Positions 1 to 8,787 are shown, counted from the stretch's first letter. The stretch: 53,046 nucleotides of DNA from Spirochaetales bacterium (GCA_016928955.1 JAFGJV010000056.1:1-53046); one strand, 5' to 3'. Numbers and translations: made by a program. Notes: a model not told the origin generated them from the sequence alone.

Positions 1-313
1 GGACCAAGAGAATTCTACACTAAAAAAGGCAGGGGTGCCTCGTTGGCCCCCCTGCCTCCCTTAAGTCGGCTTTTTCAGTGGCCCCGTTTAAACTGGAGCG
101 TTTTTTAATAAGCGGCGAGCAGAATCGAAGGGGGCGAGCGCCTGCGCGCTCCGAGCTAGCGTAGGAGCGCGCAGGAAAAGGCGCCAGGACGGCGCCGACA
201 GCGAGACCCCCGGCCCGGAACGAGACTGCAGGAGGCAGTCGAGTGGAGGGCGATTCCGATCGGCGCCTTGAAGAAAACGAGCACGGCAAAAGGTCGTGCT
301 CGTTTTCTTTTAT

Positions 314-421
314 GGGAACCTCTAAAAACCCCATGGTTATTAGAGGTTCCCTGCGTTTTCGGCCGAAAACGCGAGATTTTCTAAGGCAACCCTCTAAAAA
401 CTGAAGTTTTTAGAGGCTCCC
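314..421. mobile_element. 108-bp MITE/REPIN-like palindromic element, copy 1
   Basis: Ends GGGAACCTCTAAAAAC...GTTTTTAGAGGCTCCC, three internal hairpins, flanked by direct repeat TTAT (310-313, 422-425); homologous to the reverse complement of 21692-21799. Confidence 0.8.
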
Positions 422-699
422 TTATGCCGATCGGGGCCTAGAGGAACGGTTGGACGTGCGCGCTTATGGAGGCCAGTCAAAACTCCGGAGAGTTTTGACT
501 GGGCAACCCTATGGCTTGCATGCGCTGGGCGACCGATCGGCGGCTGGTATGATGAAAGAGTGTGGCAAAACTTGGATGAGGTCGTGGAAGCCTGCGGGGG
601 GCGGCGGGATCGCCGCGCGCGGAGCGGGCGGAAGCCCGCCGCGGGGGGCGCGTCTGGCATGGCCCACCGTGGCGCGGTAGCTGGCGCCCCCCGTACCCC

Positions 700-727
700 A
701 AAAGAAACGCCCCCAGATTTGGGGGCG
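700..727 (-). terminator. Intrinsic terminator of htpG
   Basis: Stem CGCCCCCA/TGGGGGCG (708-727) next to AAAAGAAA (U-tract on minus strand), just past the htpG stop. Confidence 0.7.
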
Positions 728-749
728 CGAGCGCTACCGTGCGGACGCC

Positions 750-2612
750 TTAGCGCGCGATGAGGCGGTTCAGGCGGGCGACGAAGTCGGCGGGATCCTT
801 GACGGCCGCGCCTTCAACCAGCAGGGCCTGGTCGAGAAGCACGAAGGCAAGGTCGGCTATGCGCCCCTCGTCGCTTTCAGATGCCAGGCCGGCCACCAGG
901 GGGTGGTCGCCGTTGATTTCCAGGATGGGCCTGACTTCCGTGTCCGCGCTCCGGCCGAGCGCCTTCATGAACTGGGCCATCTGGATGCTTGGGTCGTGCT
1001 CGTCCACCACGATGCACGAGGGGCTTTCCGACAGGCGCGACGACAGGCGGACGTCCTTTACCTGGTCGCCCAGGGCTTTCTTGACTTTGTCGACGATGGG
1101 CTGGAGGTCCTTGTCTGTCTCTTTGTCTTTTTTATCTGAGATATCCTTCTCGGCGCCGGCGCGGTTGACGGCCTTGAACTCCAGCTCGCCGTAGGTTCCG
1201 GCCATGGGCATGACCAGCTCGTCTATCTCGTCCGTGCACAGAAGGACTTCCTGGCCCTCCTTGCGGTACATCTCCAGGAGGGGCGACTTGCGCAGGCGCT
1301 CCTCGGAGTCGCCGGTAATGAACCAGATGGCCTTCTGGCCGTCCTTCATGCGGCTTTTGTAGTCGGCCAGGCTGGTCCAGCCGTCCACGGCCGTGCTCTT
1401 GAAGCGGATGAGCTCCAGGAGGGCCTCCCGGTTGGCGTAGTCTGAATACAGGCCTTCCTTGAGGGGCCGGTTGAACTGGTCCACGAAGGAGGCGTATTTG
1501 TCCTTGTCGCGCGCGGCCAGGTCCTTGAGCTCCGAGAGGATTTTCTTGACGGACGCCGTGCGTATGGCGTTCATGACGCGGTTCTGCTGGAGGATTTCCC
1601 GGCTGACGTTGAGCGGGAGGTCTTCCGAGTCTATGACGCCGCGGACAAAGCGGAGATACGGCGGGAGGAGTTCCTTGTCGTCGTCGGTGATGAACACGCG
1701 CCGTACGTACAGCTTGACGCCCGGTTTGTAGTCGGCGTAATAGAGGTCAAAGGGCGCCTTGGCCGGCACGTAGAACAGGGTGGTGTATTCCACGGTGCCT
1801 TCCGCGCGCGTGTGCGACCACAGCAGGGGATCGTCGTCGGAGTCGGCTATGTTCTTGTAGAACTCGACGTAGTCCTGGTCCTTGAGCTCGGACTTCTGGC
1901 GGCGCCACAGGGCCTGGGCGCTGTTGATCTGCTCGTCTTTTTTGACCTTCTTTCCGCTCTTTTTGCCCTTGTCGTCGTACTCTTCCTCCTCGTATGCCAG
2001 GTGGATGGGGAAGGCGACGTGGTTGGAGTATTTGCGGATGAGCTCTTCCAGCCGCCAGCGCGACAGGTACTCGCAGCCGTCGTCGTTCATGGACAGGGTC
2101 ACGGTGGTGCCGTGGCCGTCACGGGATGCGGGCTCGACCGAGTACGCGCCCTTGCCGTCGGACACCCACAGCCAGGCCGAGTCCTGGCCGGCTTTGCGGG
2201 TGAGAACGCTCACGGTGTCTGCGACCATGTAGCTGGCGTAGAAGCCCACGCCGAACTGGCCGATCAGGTTTGAGTCCCGGCGCTTGTCGGCGGCCATGGC
2301 GTCAAGGAAGCGCCTGGTGCCGGAGCGGGCTATGGTGCCCAGGTTTTCCACCAGGTCCGACTCGTCCATGCCTATGCCGTTGTCCTCCACGCTGAGCGTG
2401 CCGGAGGCGGCGTCAAAGGTGATGCGGATCAGGGGGTCAAAGGCTATGGCCTTGTACGCGTCGTCCGATGCGGACAGGTAGCGCAGCTTGTCTATGGCGT
2501 CCGACGCGTTGGACACGAGCTCGCGCAGGAAAATTTCGCGGTGCGAATACAGGGAATGGATGATGAGCTGGAGGAGCTGGTTGACCTCGGCCTGGAACTG
2601 GTGCGTTGACAT
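750..2612 (-). CDS. htpG: Molecular chaperone HtpG (Hsp90)
   Basis: FQAEVNQLL..IIHSLYS..FLRELVSNASDA, DNGIGM, IGQFGVGFY, DSEDLPLNVSREILQ motifs. Confidence 0.98.
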   Translation of the reverse strand: MSTHQFQAEVNQLLQLIIHSLYSHREIFLRELVSNASDAIDKLRYLSASDDAYKAIAFDPLIRITFDAASGTLSVEDNGIGMDESDLVENLGTIARSGTRRFLDAMAADKRRDSNLIGQFGVGFYASYMVADTVSVLTRKAGQDSAWLWVSDGKGAYSVEPASRDGHGTTVTLSMNDDGCEYLSRWRLEELIRKYSNHVAFPIHLAYEEEEYDDKGKKSGKKVKKDEQINSAQALWRRQKSELKDQDYVEFYKNIADSDDDPLLWSHTRAEGTVEYTTLFYVPAKAPFDLYYADYKPGVKLYVRRVFITDDDKELLPPYLRFVRGVIDSEDLPLNVSREILQQNRVMNAIRTASVKKILSELKDLAARDKDKYASFVDQFNRPLKEGLYSDYANREALLELIRFKSTAVDGWTSLADYKSRMKDGQKAIWFITGDSEERLRKSPLLEMYRKEGQEVLLCTDEIDELVMPMAGTYGELEFKAVNRAGAEKDISDKKDKETDKDLQPIVDKVKKALGDQVKDVRLSSRLSESPSCIVVDEHDPSIQMAQFMKALGRSADTEVRPILEINGDHPLVAGLASESDEGRIADLAFVLLDQALLVEGAAVKDPADFVARLNRLIAR

Positions 2613-2688
2613 GGCGTACTCCGGTTGTGCGGGGAATTTTTACGTGTACAAGATAACGACGAGCCGGGGAGCTCGGCAAGGGATCGGC

Positions 2689-3672
2689 TCAGGGAGCGCG
2701 GGCCAGGGCGTCAAGGGACGCGGCGAGCTCGGCGGGGTATTCCGAGTGGGGGCAATGTCCGCAGCGCTCGAACTCAAGGAAGCTGTGGCCGGGCGGAAGG
2801 ATGGCGCGGAACTCGGACGCGTACCTGAACGGAAGGACCTTGTCGGTGTGGCCCCATACCAGGAGCACGGGAAGGTCCAGGCTGCCTGCCGCGTCCTCTA
2901 TGGTGTCATGTTCCAGGGCGCGGAGGGTCACGGCTTTGAGGGCGGCCTTGCCCTCCTTTGTGGCCAGCGACCTGCCGCCGTAGCGGGCGGACGCCTCCGG
3001 AAACTTGTCCTTGTCATAGATGACCCGGGCGCGGTGGGCGCGCAGGTAGCTGGCCTCCGTCAGGAAGGACAATGCCATGCCGATCGCAAAGGGCGAGCGA
3101 GACGCGAGTTTCCCAAAGGCGCCGGTTTCCCCGGGCAGGCCGGCCGGCGCAAGGAGGCACAGGCGGTCTAGGAGCGCGCCGTCAGTGGCAGCGTAGCGGT
3201 AGGCCATGTGGCCGCCCAGGCTGTGGCCGACCAGGGTGACGACGGGTTCCTGGCCGTCCGCGCCGGCCTTGTCCACGGCCGCGGCCAGGCAGGCACGGAT
3301 AACCTGGCCGAACCAGGCGTGGTCGTAGGGCGCGTCGGCCGGTTTGTCGGACGAACCGGTGCCGGGAAGGTCCACGCACCAGGCGCCCGAGTCGGGGTCA
3401 AGGGCGTACAGTTCCCGCGCCACGTCCAGGAATTCGGCTCCGTTGCCCGCCCAGCCGTGGATGAACACGTAGAGGCGGCGCGGATGATCGGCGCCCACGC
3501 GGAAGGCCCTGACAGCCACGCCACCGAGCGTGCAGAGCAGCTCGGGCTCGGTGCCGAGGCCGAGCTCAAGGGCCATGCCGGGCTGGATAGGGGGAGCTGA
3601 TGCGCAGGACAGGGCTGATATGGCCATGGCCGCCACCGCTATGCCGACGGCGAGTGGTCGTAGGCGTGCCAT
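2689..3672 (-). CDS. Alpha/beta-fold hydrolase, probable lipoprotein
   Basis: Hydrophobic leader ending ALSC; HGWAG, DLPGTG, GHSLGG nucleophile elbow, D and GHCPH triad residues; start overlaps the upstream gene by 34 bp. Confidence 0.85.
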   Translation of the reverse strand: MARLRPLAVGIAVAAMAISALSCASAPPIQPGMALELGLGTEPELLCTLGGVAVRAFRVGADHPRRLYVFIHGWAGNGAEFLDVARELYALDPDSGAWCVDLPGTGSSDKPADAPYDHAWFGQVIRACLAAAVDKAGADGQEPVVTLVGHSLGGHMAYRYAATDGALLDRLCLLAPAGLPGETGAFGKLASRSPFAIGMALSFLTEASYLRAHRARVIYDKDKFPEASARYGGRSLATKEGKAALKAVTLRALEHDTIEDAAGSLDLPVLLVWGHTDKVLPFRYASEFRAILPPGHSFLEFERCGHCPHSEYPAELAASLDALARAP

Positions 3673-4499
3673 TGTTCCACCAAGCCGTCAAAGCCGAGTT
3701 CCCTGACGCGCTCCCGGTTGGTCTCCACCGCGTCGCCATAGTGCATGAGGCGCATGCGCGAGCGCACGTCCGTGGGCAGGGTGGCCAGCTCCTCCAAGGA
3801 GGCGTGTACGCCCCCGGTGAAGAATTGGCAGTCGTGGTATATGATCCGTGGCTTCCAGCGCTCGTCCAAGAACGCTATGAGGCTGGGATCAAAGCGGGTG
3901 TCGCTGGTGTAGGCCACCGCGTCGTCTATGACCACGCCGTAACTGGGGGCCGACGAGCGCCAGCTGGGCGCGGAGTCGGGTATGTGCTTGGTGCGGAACA
4001 GGGACAGCTTGATGGAGCCGACGCGGGCTTCGCAGAGCTGGCGGTCCGCCCCCGGCACGGGCTCAGGCTCTATCACGTCCCAGAAGTCCTCAAAGCGGAG
4101 GAGGCGGCCGTCCACGCGCTCGTTGTAGGCGGCCCCGCCGGCCAGGCTCTTGTTCCAGAGAAAGCGGCGGTAGCTGGCTGGGGCGACCATGGTGGACTTC
4201 TGCCTGGCGAAATACCGGTTGAGTAGCATCACCTCCTCAAGGCCGCCAACATGGTCGGCGTGGGAATGGGTGATGAGGTAGTTCCGTATCAGGGTGACCG
4301 AAAGCCCGAGCGTGGCCAGGGCTTCTGGTGCCCGGGTGCCGCAGTCTATCAGCAGGTGGTCGTTTCCTTTGACCACCAAGAGGTTGTTCTGGTAGAATTT
4401 TTTGGTGAAAGCGCTCCCCGCCCCGATGAAGGTAAGCTCCAAGTTTCCGCTGTTGGTCAGTGCCAGCTTGGGCGCGTCCGCCGCCGTCTTTTGCTTCAT
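3639..4499 (-). CDS. MBL-fold metallo-hydrolase (RNase Z / cyclic-nucleotide phosphodiesterase-like)
   Basis: GAGSAF, LLIDCG, THSHADHVGG, YTSDT, HDCQ, MHYGD; start at MKQKT chosen because a promoter lies at 4509-4537. Confidence 0.85.
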   Translation of the reverse strand: MKQKTAADAPKLALTNSGNLELTFIGAGSAFTKKFYQNNLLVVKGNDHLLIDCGTRAPEALATLGLSVTLIRNYLITHSHADHVGGLEEVMLLNRYFARQKSTMVAPASYRRFLWNKSLAGGAAYNERVDGRLLRFEDFWDVIEPEPVPGADRQLCEARVGSIKLSLFRTKHIPDSAPSWRSSAPSYGVVIDDAVAYTSDTRFDPSLIAFLDERWKPRIIYHDCQFFTGGVHASLEELATLPTDVRSRMRLMHYGDAVETNRERVRELGFDGLVEQWHAYDHSPSA

Positions 4500-4508
4500 G
4501 GTGTGCAT

Positions 4509-4537
4509 ACTATAGCCTGGAAAGGAAAACTTTTCAA
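4509..4537 (-). promoter_or_regulatory. Sigma70-type promoter of the MBL hydrolase gene
   Basis: Minus strand TTGAAA-N17-TATAGT, 9 nt before the ATG. Confidence 0.6.
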
Positions 4538-4677
4538 AACCCGTTGGAGCCCCGGCAAACGGCCAGGGTTTTGTCAAAATAGTTTTCCGCTGAATTTTAC
4601 GCGGGATTATTCAAAAATCACGCCTTGCCGCACCCGGCCGCACAGGGTAAAAGCCTTATAAGGGCTTGCGCAATCCT

Positions 4678-4707
4678 TTGACAGGCCGATAATTAGCGTG
4701 TTATAGT
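4678..4707 (+). promoter_or_regulatory. Sigma70-type promoter of the M23 operon
   Basis: TTGACA-N18-TATAGT with TGn extended -10. Confidence 0.65.
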
Positions 4708-4776
4708 GTCTCGATCATGGCGATTTTGCCCCCATTCGCTCGGGGGATTTTTTAACGCGCCTTCCGGGAGGCTGTT

Positions 4777-5805
4777 TTGTCCACGCTGCGCCGTTACAAA
4801 GAAATTGAGAAAAACTTCGCAAAGCGTTCCTCGCGGGCGCTCGGCGGGGTGTTTTCCGCCGTGGGCGCTTTTTTTGCCAGGCTGGGCAAAGCCGGCCGGC
4901 AGAAGCTTACCATCATGCTGGTTCCGCACACGGAACGGCGCATTTTCAATCTACAGATCAGTTTTTTCGGGCTTGCCCTGGCCCTTGTGGTCCTGGTCGG
5001 CGGCATAGGCGTGCTCGGCTTTGCGGCCGTGGATTATTCCGACGCCCTTGGCCGCCTGGCCGGCAAATCGGACAGCCTTCAGGAAACCCAGCAGCAGCTG
5101 GACGCCATGCGCGACAACACCAATCGCCTGGTCAAGGCTGCCCGCTCCTTCCAGGTGGCCCTGGACGCCACCCTGGCCAAGCTGAGCGGCCGGCCCGCAT
5201 CCAGTTCCGACCAGGCGCGGGAAGGCGACCTTGCCTCGTTCTTTGAGTCCACGGACGCCGTGTCCGGCGGCGTGCGCGAGGCCGGCGAGATAGACCGGGT
5301 GGCGGCCTACCTTGAGCGGAGCGTCGGCCCCGTCAAGGAGCTTGGGGACATCCTGGCCAGCCTTGGGGCAACGCTCAACGAGATACCCAGCATATGGCCC
5401 ATCAAGGGCGGCCACGGCGTGGTTACCATGCATTACGGCCAGAACGAGAACCCCATCTACGGATCCTGGTACATGCACAAGGGCATAGACATTGCCACCT
5501 TCCGCCAGGGCGACCCCATCGTGGCAACGGCAGACGGCAAGGTTGTCACGGTGGCCTACGAGAGCGGCTACGGGAACTACGTGGTCATCGAGCACGCCCA
5601 CGGCTACCTGACGCGCTACGCGCACATGAAGGCGTCCAGGGTGCAGAAGGGGCAGGCGGTGCGCCAGGGCGACGTGATTGGCTACGTGGGCAACACGGGC
5701 CTTTCAACGGGACCGCATCTCCACTACGAGGTCCAGCTGGGCACCGACACCGTCGATCCCTACAAATTCATCAAGAACCGCTCGACGGGCTCGTTGACTC
5801 CCTGA
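4777..5805 (+). CDS. M23 family peptidoglycan metallopeptidase with N-terminal TM and coiled coil
   Basis: HKGID, YGNYVVIEH, YAHM, GNTGLSTGPHLHYEV; TTG start after GGAGG. Confidence 0.92.
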   Translation: MSTLRRYKEIEKNFAKRSSRALGGVFSAVGAFFARLGKAGRQKLTIMLVPHTERRIFNLQISFFGLALALVVLVGGIGVLGFAAVDYSDALGRLAGKSDSLQETQQQLDAMRDNTNRLVKAARSFQVALDATLAKLSGRPASSSDQAREGDLASFFESTDAVSGGVREAGEIDRVAAYLERSVGPVKELGDILASLGATLNEIPSIWPIKGGHGVVTMHYGQNENPIYGSWYMHKGIDIATFRQGDPIVATADGKVVTVAYESGYGNYVVIEHAHGYLTRYAHMKASRVQKGQAVRQGDVIGYVGNTGLSTGPHLHYEVQLGTDTVDPYKFIKNRSTGSLTP

Positions 5806-5829
5806 CGCCCTACCGGGTACCATGACCCC

Positions 5830-6279
5830 ATGTCCGCGCCACGGGACCTTCGCGTAAACACCATCCTCGGGACAGACAGCTCGTTTCAGGGCGACCTTGT
5901 CATAGACGGCTACACCCGCGTCGACGGCGAGGTCCGAGGCAGCATCAGGACCACCGGCGAAGTGGTGATCACATCGAGCGCCCGCTGCGAGGCGTCGGTT
6001 ACGGCCAGGTCCGCCATGATAGGCGGGGTGGTCAAGGGCGACGTGTGCGTCACCGAGCGCCTGACCATACTGGACGGCGGCGTCATCGTGGGCAACGTGT
6101 TCGCCCCCCGGCTGGACGCGGACGCCGACATCATCATCCACGGCGACATCGAGGTGTCCGGCTCCACCGAGGGAGCAGAGGAAGCCATGCTGGCCTTTCT
6201 CAAGCGCCATGACTCGGGCTTACGGCCCATGGGCTTTGACCGGAGGCCGGGCGGCTCGGGGGACCGGTGGCAGCGCTAG
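5830..6279 (+). CDS. Bactofilin (polymer-forming cytoskeletal protein)
   Basis: TILGTDSSFQGDL..RVDGEVRGSI..GVVKGDV beta-helix pattern; directly follows the M23 peptidase. Confidence 0.9.
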   Translation: MSAPRDLRVNTILGTDSSFQGDLVIDGYTRVDGEVRGSIRTTGEVVITSSARCEASVTARSAMIGGVVKGDVCVTERLTILDGGVIVGNVFAPRLDADADIIIHGDIEVSGSTEGAEEAMLAFLKRHDSGLRPMGFDRRPGGSGDRWQR

Positions 6280-6758
6280 ACGGGGCCAACCCGATCACCG
6301 CCGCGTCCGTGGCGGCCATGTCGGGGAAAAAACCGGAACGCAAAAAGGAAGCGCAGAAAGCCAAGCTGTTCGGGACGGCCTTGCGGGAAGCGGAGCGGGC
6401 TGACAGCACGCCCGCCGCTGAAGGCCAGCCGTTTTCCCACGCCGAGGCCGCCGAGCTCCTGGACGCCGTTACGGTGGCTGGGGAACTGCTCAAGCGGGAC
6501 GCGACCACGGACGCCATCAAGGGCTACAAAAAGGCCGTGCGCGATTTTGTGCATTATGTGGTGGAGCGCGCGTACGATGTGGACGAGCACGTGTCGGGCC
6601 GCAGCGTGCTCAAGCGCAAGAAGTTCACCACGGTTACGGTCATAGACGAGAAGCTGGAGCGCCTTGCCGCGGACGTTCTGTCCGCCCAGCGGGACAAGCT
6701 GGACATACTCAGGCGCCTGGACGAGATACACGGACTCCTGGTCGACCTTTTGCGGTAG
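6267..6758 (+). CDS. YaaR (DUF327) family protein
   Basis: YKKAVRDFV..V, IDEKLERLA, ILRRLDEIHGLLVDLL C-terminal signature. Confidence 0.8.
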   Translation: MAALDGANPITAASVAAMSGKKPERKKEAQKAKLFGTALREAERADSTPAAEGQPFSHAEAAELLDAVTVAGELLKRDATTDAIKGYKKAVRDFVHYVVERAYDVDEHVSGRSVLKRKKFTTVTVIDEKLERLAADVLSAQRDKLDILRRLDEIHGLLVDLLR

Positions 6759-6782
6759 GCCGGCGGGTCGGAAGGGCTACAC

Positions 6783-7712
6783 ATGGACGAGGATCTGTAC
6801 CGCGAGGTACCCGAGGAGGACCTGTCCCACCTCGAGGACGAGCGCGTCGACATACCTGAACACCGTTCCAACCGGGCGGATCTGCCGGATTCGCTGTACC
6901 GGATCAAGGTAGAGCCGTACAACGAAACCTTCCACGCCACGTTTGAGGGCGAACTCAAGGCGGGCGACAAGGTCATGGCCCCGACCCGCTACGGCCGCGA
7001 GCTGTGCACGGTGCTCGGGCACGTGATGCACCCGATGTACGTACGCCCTGAGGACGTGGTGCACATCGAGCGCCTGGCCAGCGCGGCCGACCTCGAACGG
7101 AGGGCGGCCGACGAGGAGAAGGAACGAAAGGCTTTTGCCATCTGCCAGGAGAAGATCAAGGTACGCAACCTGCCCATGAAGCTGGTGTTTGCCCATTACC
7201 TGCCGGACGATTCAAAGGTCCTGTTCTTTTTCTCGGCCGACTCTCGCGTGGACTTCCGCGACCTGGTCAAGGACCTGGTGGCCGTGTTCAAGATGCGCAT
7301 AGAGCTCCGGCAGATAGGCGTTCGCGACGAGGCCCGGGTGGTCGGCGGTTGCGGCGTGTGCGGGCGCGTGCTGTGCTGCAACGGCGTGAACGACAAGCTG
7401 GTGCCGGTATCCATCAAGATGGCCAAGGACCAGAACCTGTCGCTCAATTCGCTGAAGATATCCGGTCCCTGCGGCCGCCTGCTGTGCTGCCTGGCTTACG
7501 AGTACGGCTTCTACAAGGAAGCAAGGCGTTCCATGCCGTCAGAGGGCGTGCGCATACCCTATGACGGCACCGTGCTCAGGGTGCTTGAGGTCAACGTGCC
7601 GGCGGGCCGGCTCAGGCTGTCCGGAGAGGACGGGCGCTATCTGGAAGTGGGAGCCGAGCGCTTCGAGCAACGCGATGGACGATGGGTGCTCTTGGACGAG
7701 GCGGGCAGCTGA
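6783..7712 (+). CDS. PSP1-domain RicT/YaaT family Fe-S protein
   Basis: RVDFRDLVKDL..RIELRQIGVRDEA, CGVCGRVLCC, SIKMAKDQNLSL..KISGPCGRLLCCL. Confidence 0.92.
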   Translation: MDEDLYREVPEEDLSHLEDERVDIPEHRSNRADLPDSLYRIKVEPYNETFHATFEGELKAGDKVMAPTRYGRELCTVLGHVMHPMYVRPEDVVHIERLASAADLERRAADEEKERKAFAICQEKIKVRNLPMKLVFAHYLPDDSKVLFFFSADSRVDFRDLVKDLVAVFKMRIELRQIGVRDEARVVGGCGVCGRVLCCNGVNDKLVPVSIKMAKDQNLSLNSLKISGPCGRLLCCLAYEYGFYKEARRSMPSEGVRIPYDGTVLRVLEVNVPAGRLRLSGEDGRYLEVGAERFEQRDGRWVLLDEAGS

Positions 7713-7726
7713 GGCAGGCCCAGGGC

Positions 7727-7760
7727 AAAAAAAAAACCGGCGCGCGGCGCCGGTTTTTTT
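7727..7760. terminator. Bidirectional intrinsic terminator
   Basis: A-run CCGGCGC gcg GCGCCGG T-run between convergent genes. Confidence 0.85.
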
Positions 7761-7761
7761 G

Positions 7762-8787
7762 TCATTCGGTGTAGCCAGTCACTTCCAGCTCGAAAATCAG
7801 GTAGGAATTGGCCGGTATGAGGCCTCCCGCCGCTGACATGGGGCCGTAGCCGTATTCCGGCGGTATGGCCACGCGCCTCTTCTCGCCCTTTTTCATTTCC
7901 AGCAGCACGAGCTCTACGCCCATGATGTTGAACTGCCCGGCGCCCAGCTCGAACTCTATGGGGCCGCCGTGGAAATCCGATTCGTCGAACACCTGGCCGT
8001 TGGGGAGCATGCCCTTGTACGCCAGGTTGACCAGCCAGAAACGCCTGAGGACGGGACCCGAGCCTTCTTCCAGCACTTCCTCCAGGATGCCGTCAGGCCT
8101 CTCCTTGAGGTTTGGCCAGAGGTCCTTGATGGTCGCGATGGCGACTTGGCGTTGTTTGGTCTTGCGCTCGCGGAGAGCCGCCAACGCCGGCTCGTACAGC
8201 CGCTGCCAGTCGGCCTGGGTTGCGCTGAAGGCCTGGGCGGCCGCGCCCACGCGCTCGATGCGCACGGACTCTATGCGGTCGCCTTCTTCCAGGGCTTTCA
8301 CCGCGTTCATGCCGCTTACCACGTGGCCGAACACGCTGTACGAGCCGTCCAGGCTGGACGCTATGTCGTCTGAGGCGCCAAGGGTGATGTAGAACTGGCT
8401 ACCGTTGTAGTCTGGGGCGGCGTTGGCCATGCCCAGGGTGCCGGGCCTGTCATGTGTAAGGTCTGGATGGATCTCGTTGGGGAAGTAGTAGCCCGCGTCG
8501 CCGGTGCCGTCGCCCGCGGGGTCGCCGCCCTGCACGATAAAGTCGGGCATCACGCGGTGGAACGACAGACCGTCGTAGAAGGGAGTGCCCTCTGCGGCGT
8601 CCAGGGTGCCCTCCGCCAGGCCGACAAAGTTGGTCACCGTCAGCGGGGCCTTTTCGTATTCCAGCCAGGCCACTACGGGACCCTTGGTGGTTTCTATACG
8701 AGCGTAGAGGCCGTCGGGAAGGCGCGAGCAGGACAGAGCGATCAGGGCAAGGGCCACCGCTAAGGCGGCCGGGACGATGCGTCGCAT
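7762..8787 (-). CDS. Dual-domain peptidyl-prolyl isomerase (cyclophilin + FKBP), probable lipoprotein
   Basis: Leader MRRIV..ALSC; cyclophilin FHRV..FIVQGGDP, MANA, NGSQFYIT; FKBP YKGML.NGQVFDES, GEKRRVAIPPEYGYG, IPANSYLIFELE. Confidence 0.9.
   Translation of the reverse strand: MRRIVPAALAVALALIALSCSRLPDGLYARIETTKGPVVAWLEYEKAPLTVTNFVGLAEGTLDAAEGTPFYDGLSFHRVMPDFIVQGGDPAGDGTGDAGYYFPNEIHPDLTHDRPGTLGMANAAPDYNGSQFYITLGASDDIASSLDGSYSVFGHVVSGMNAVKALEEGDRIESVRIERVGAAAQAFSATQADWQRLYEPALAALRERKTKQRQVAIATIKDLWPNLKERPDGILEEVLEEGSGPVLRRFWLVNLAYKGMLPNGQVFDESDFHGGPIEFELGAGQFNIMGVELVLLEMKKGEKRRVAIPPEYGYGPMSAAGGLIPANSYLIFELEVTGYTE

Noticed and set aside
1..60. GGACCA at the window start as a tRNA 3' end, or a CDS end (..ATT CTA CAC TAA) followed by a hairpin at 27-57
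   Set aside because: Too little sequence to distinguish the options; not called
314..421. CRISPR array interpretation of the GTTTTTAGAG-containing repeats
   Set aside because: The GTTTTTAGAG resembles type II repeats, but the units are self-inverted, dispersed and TSD-flanked, lack unique regular spacers, and no cas gene is present
20..763. Short ORFs 20-334, 394-660, 450-680, 477-701, 560-763
   Set aside because: They run through palindromic elements and show no recognisable motifs or convincing SD
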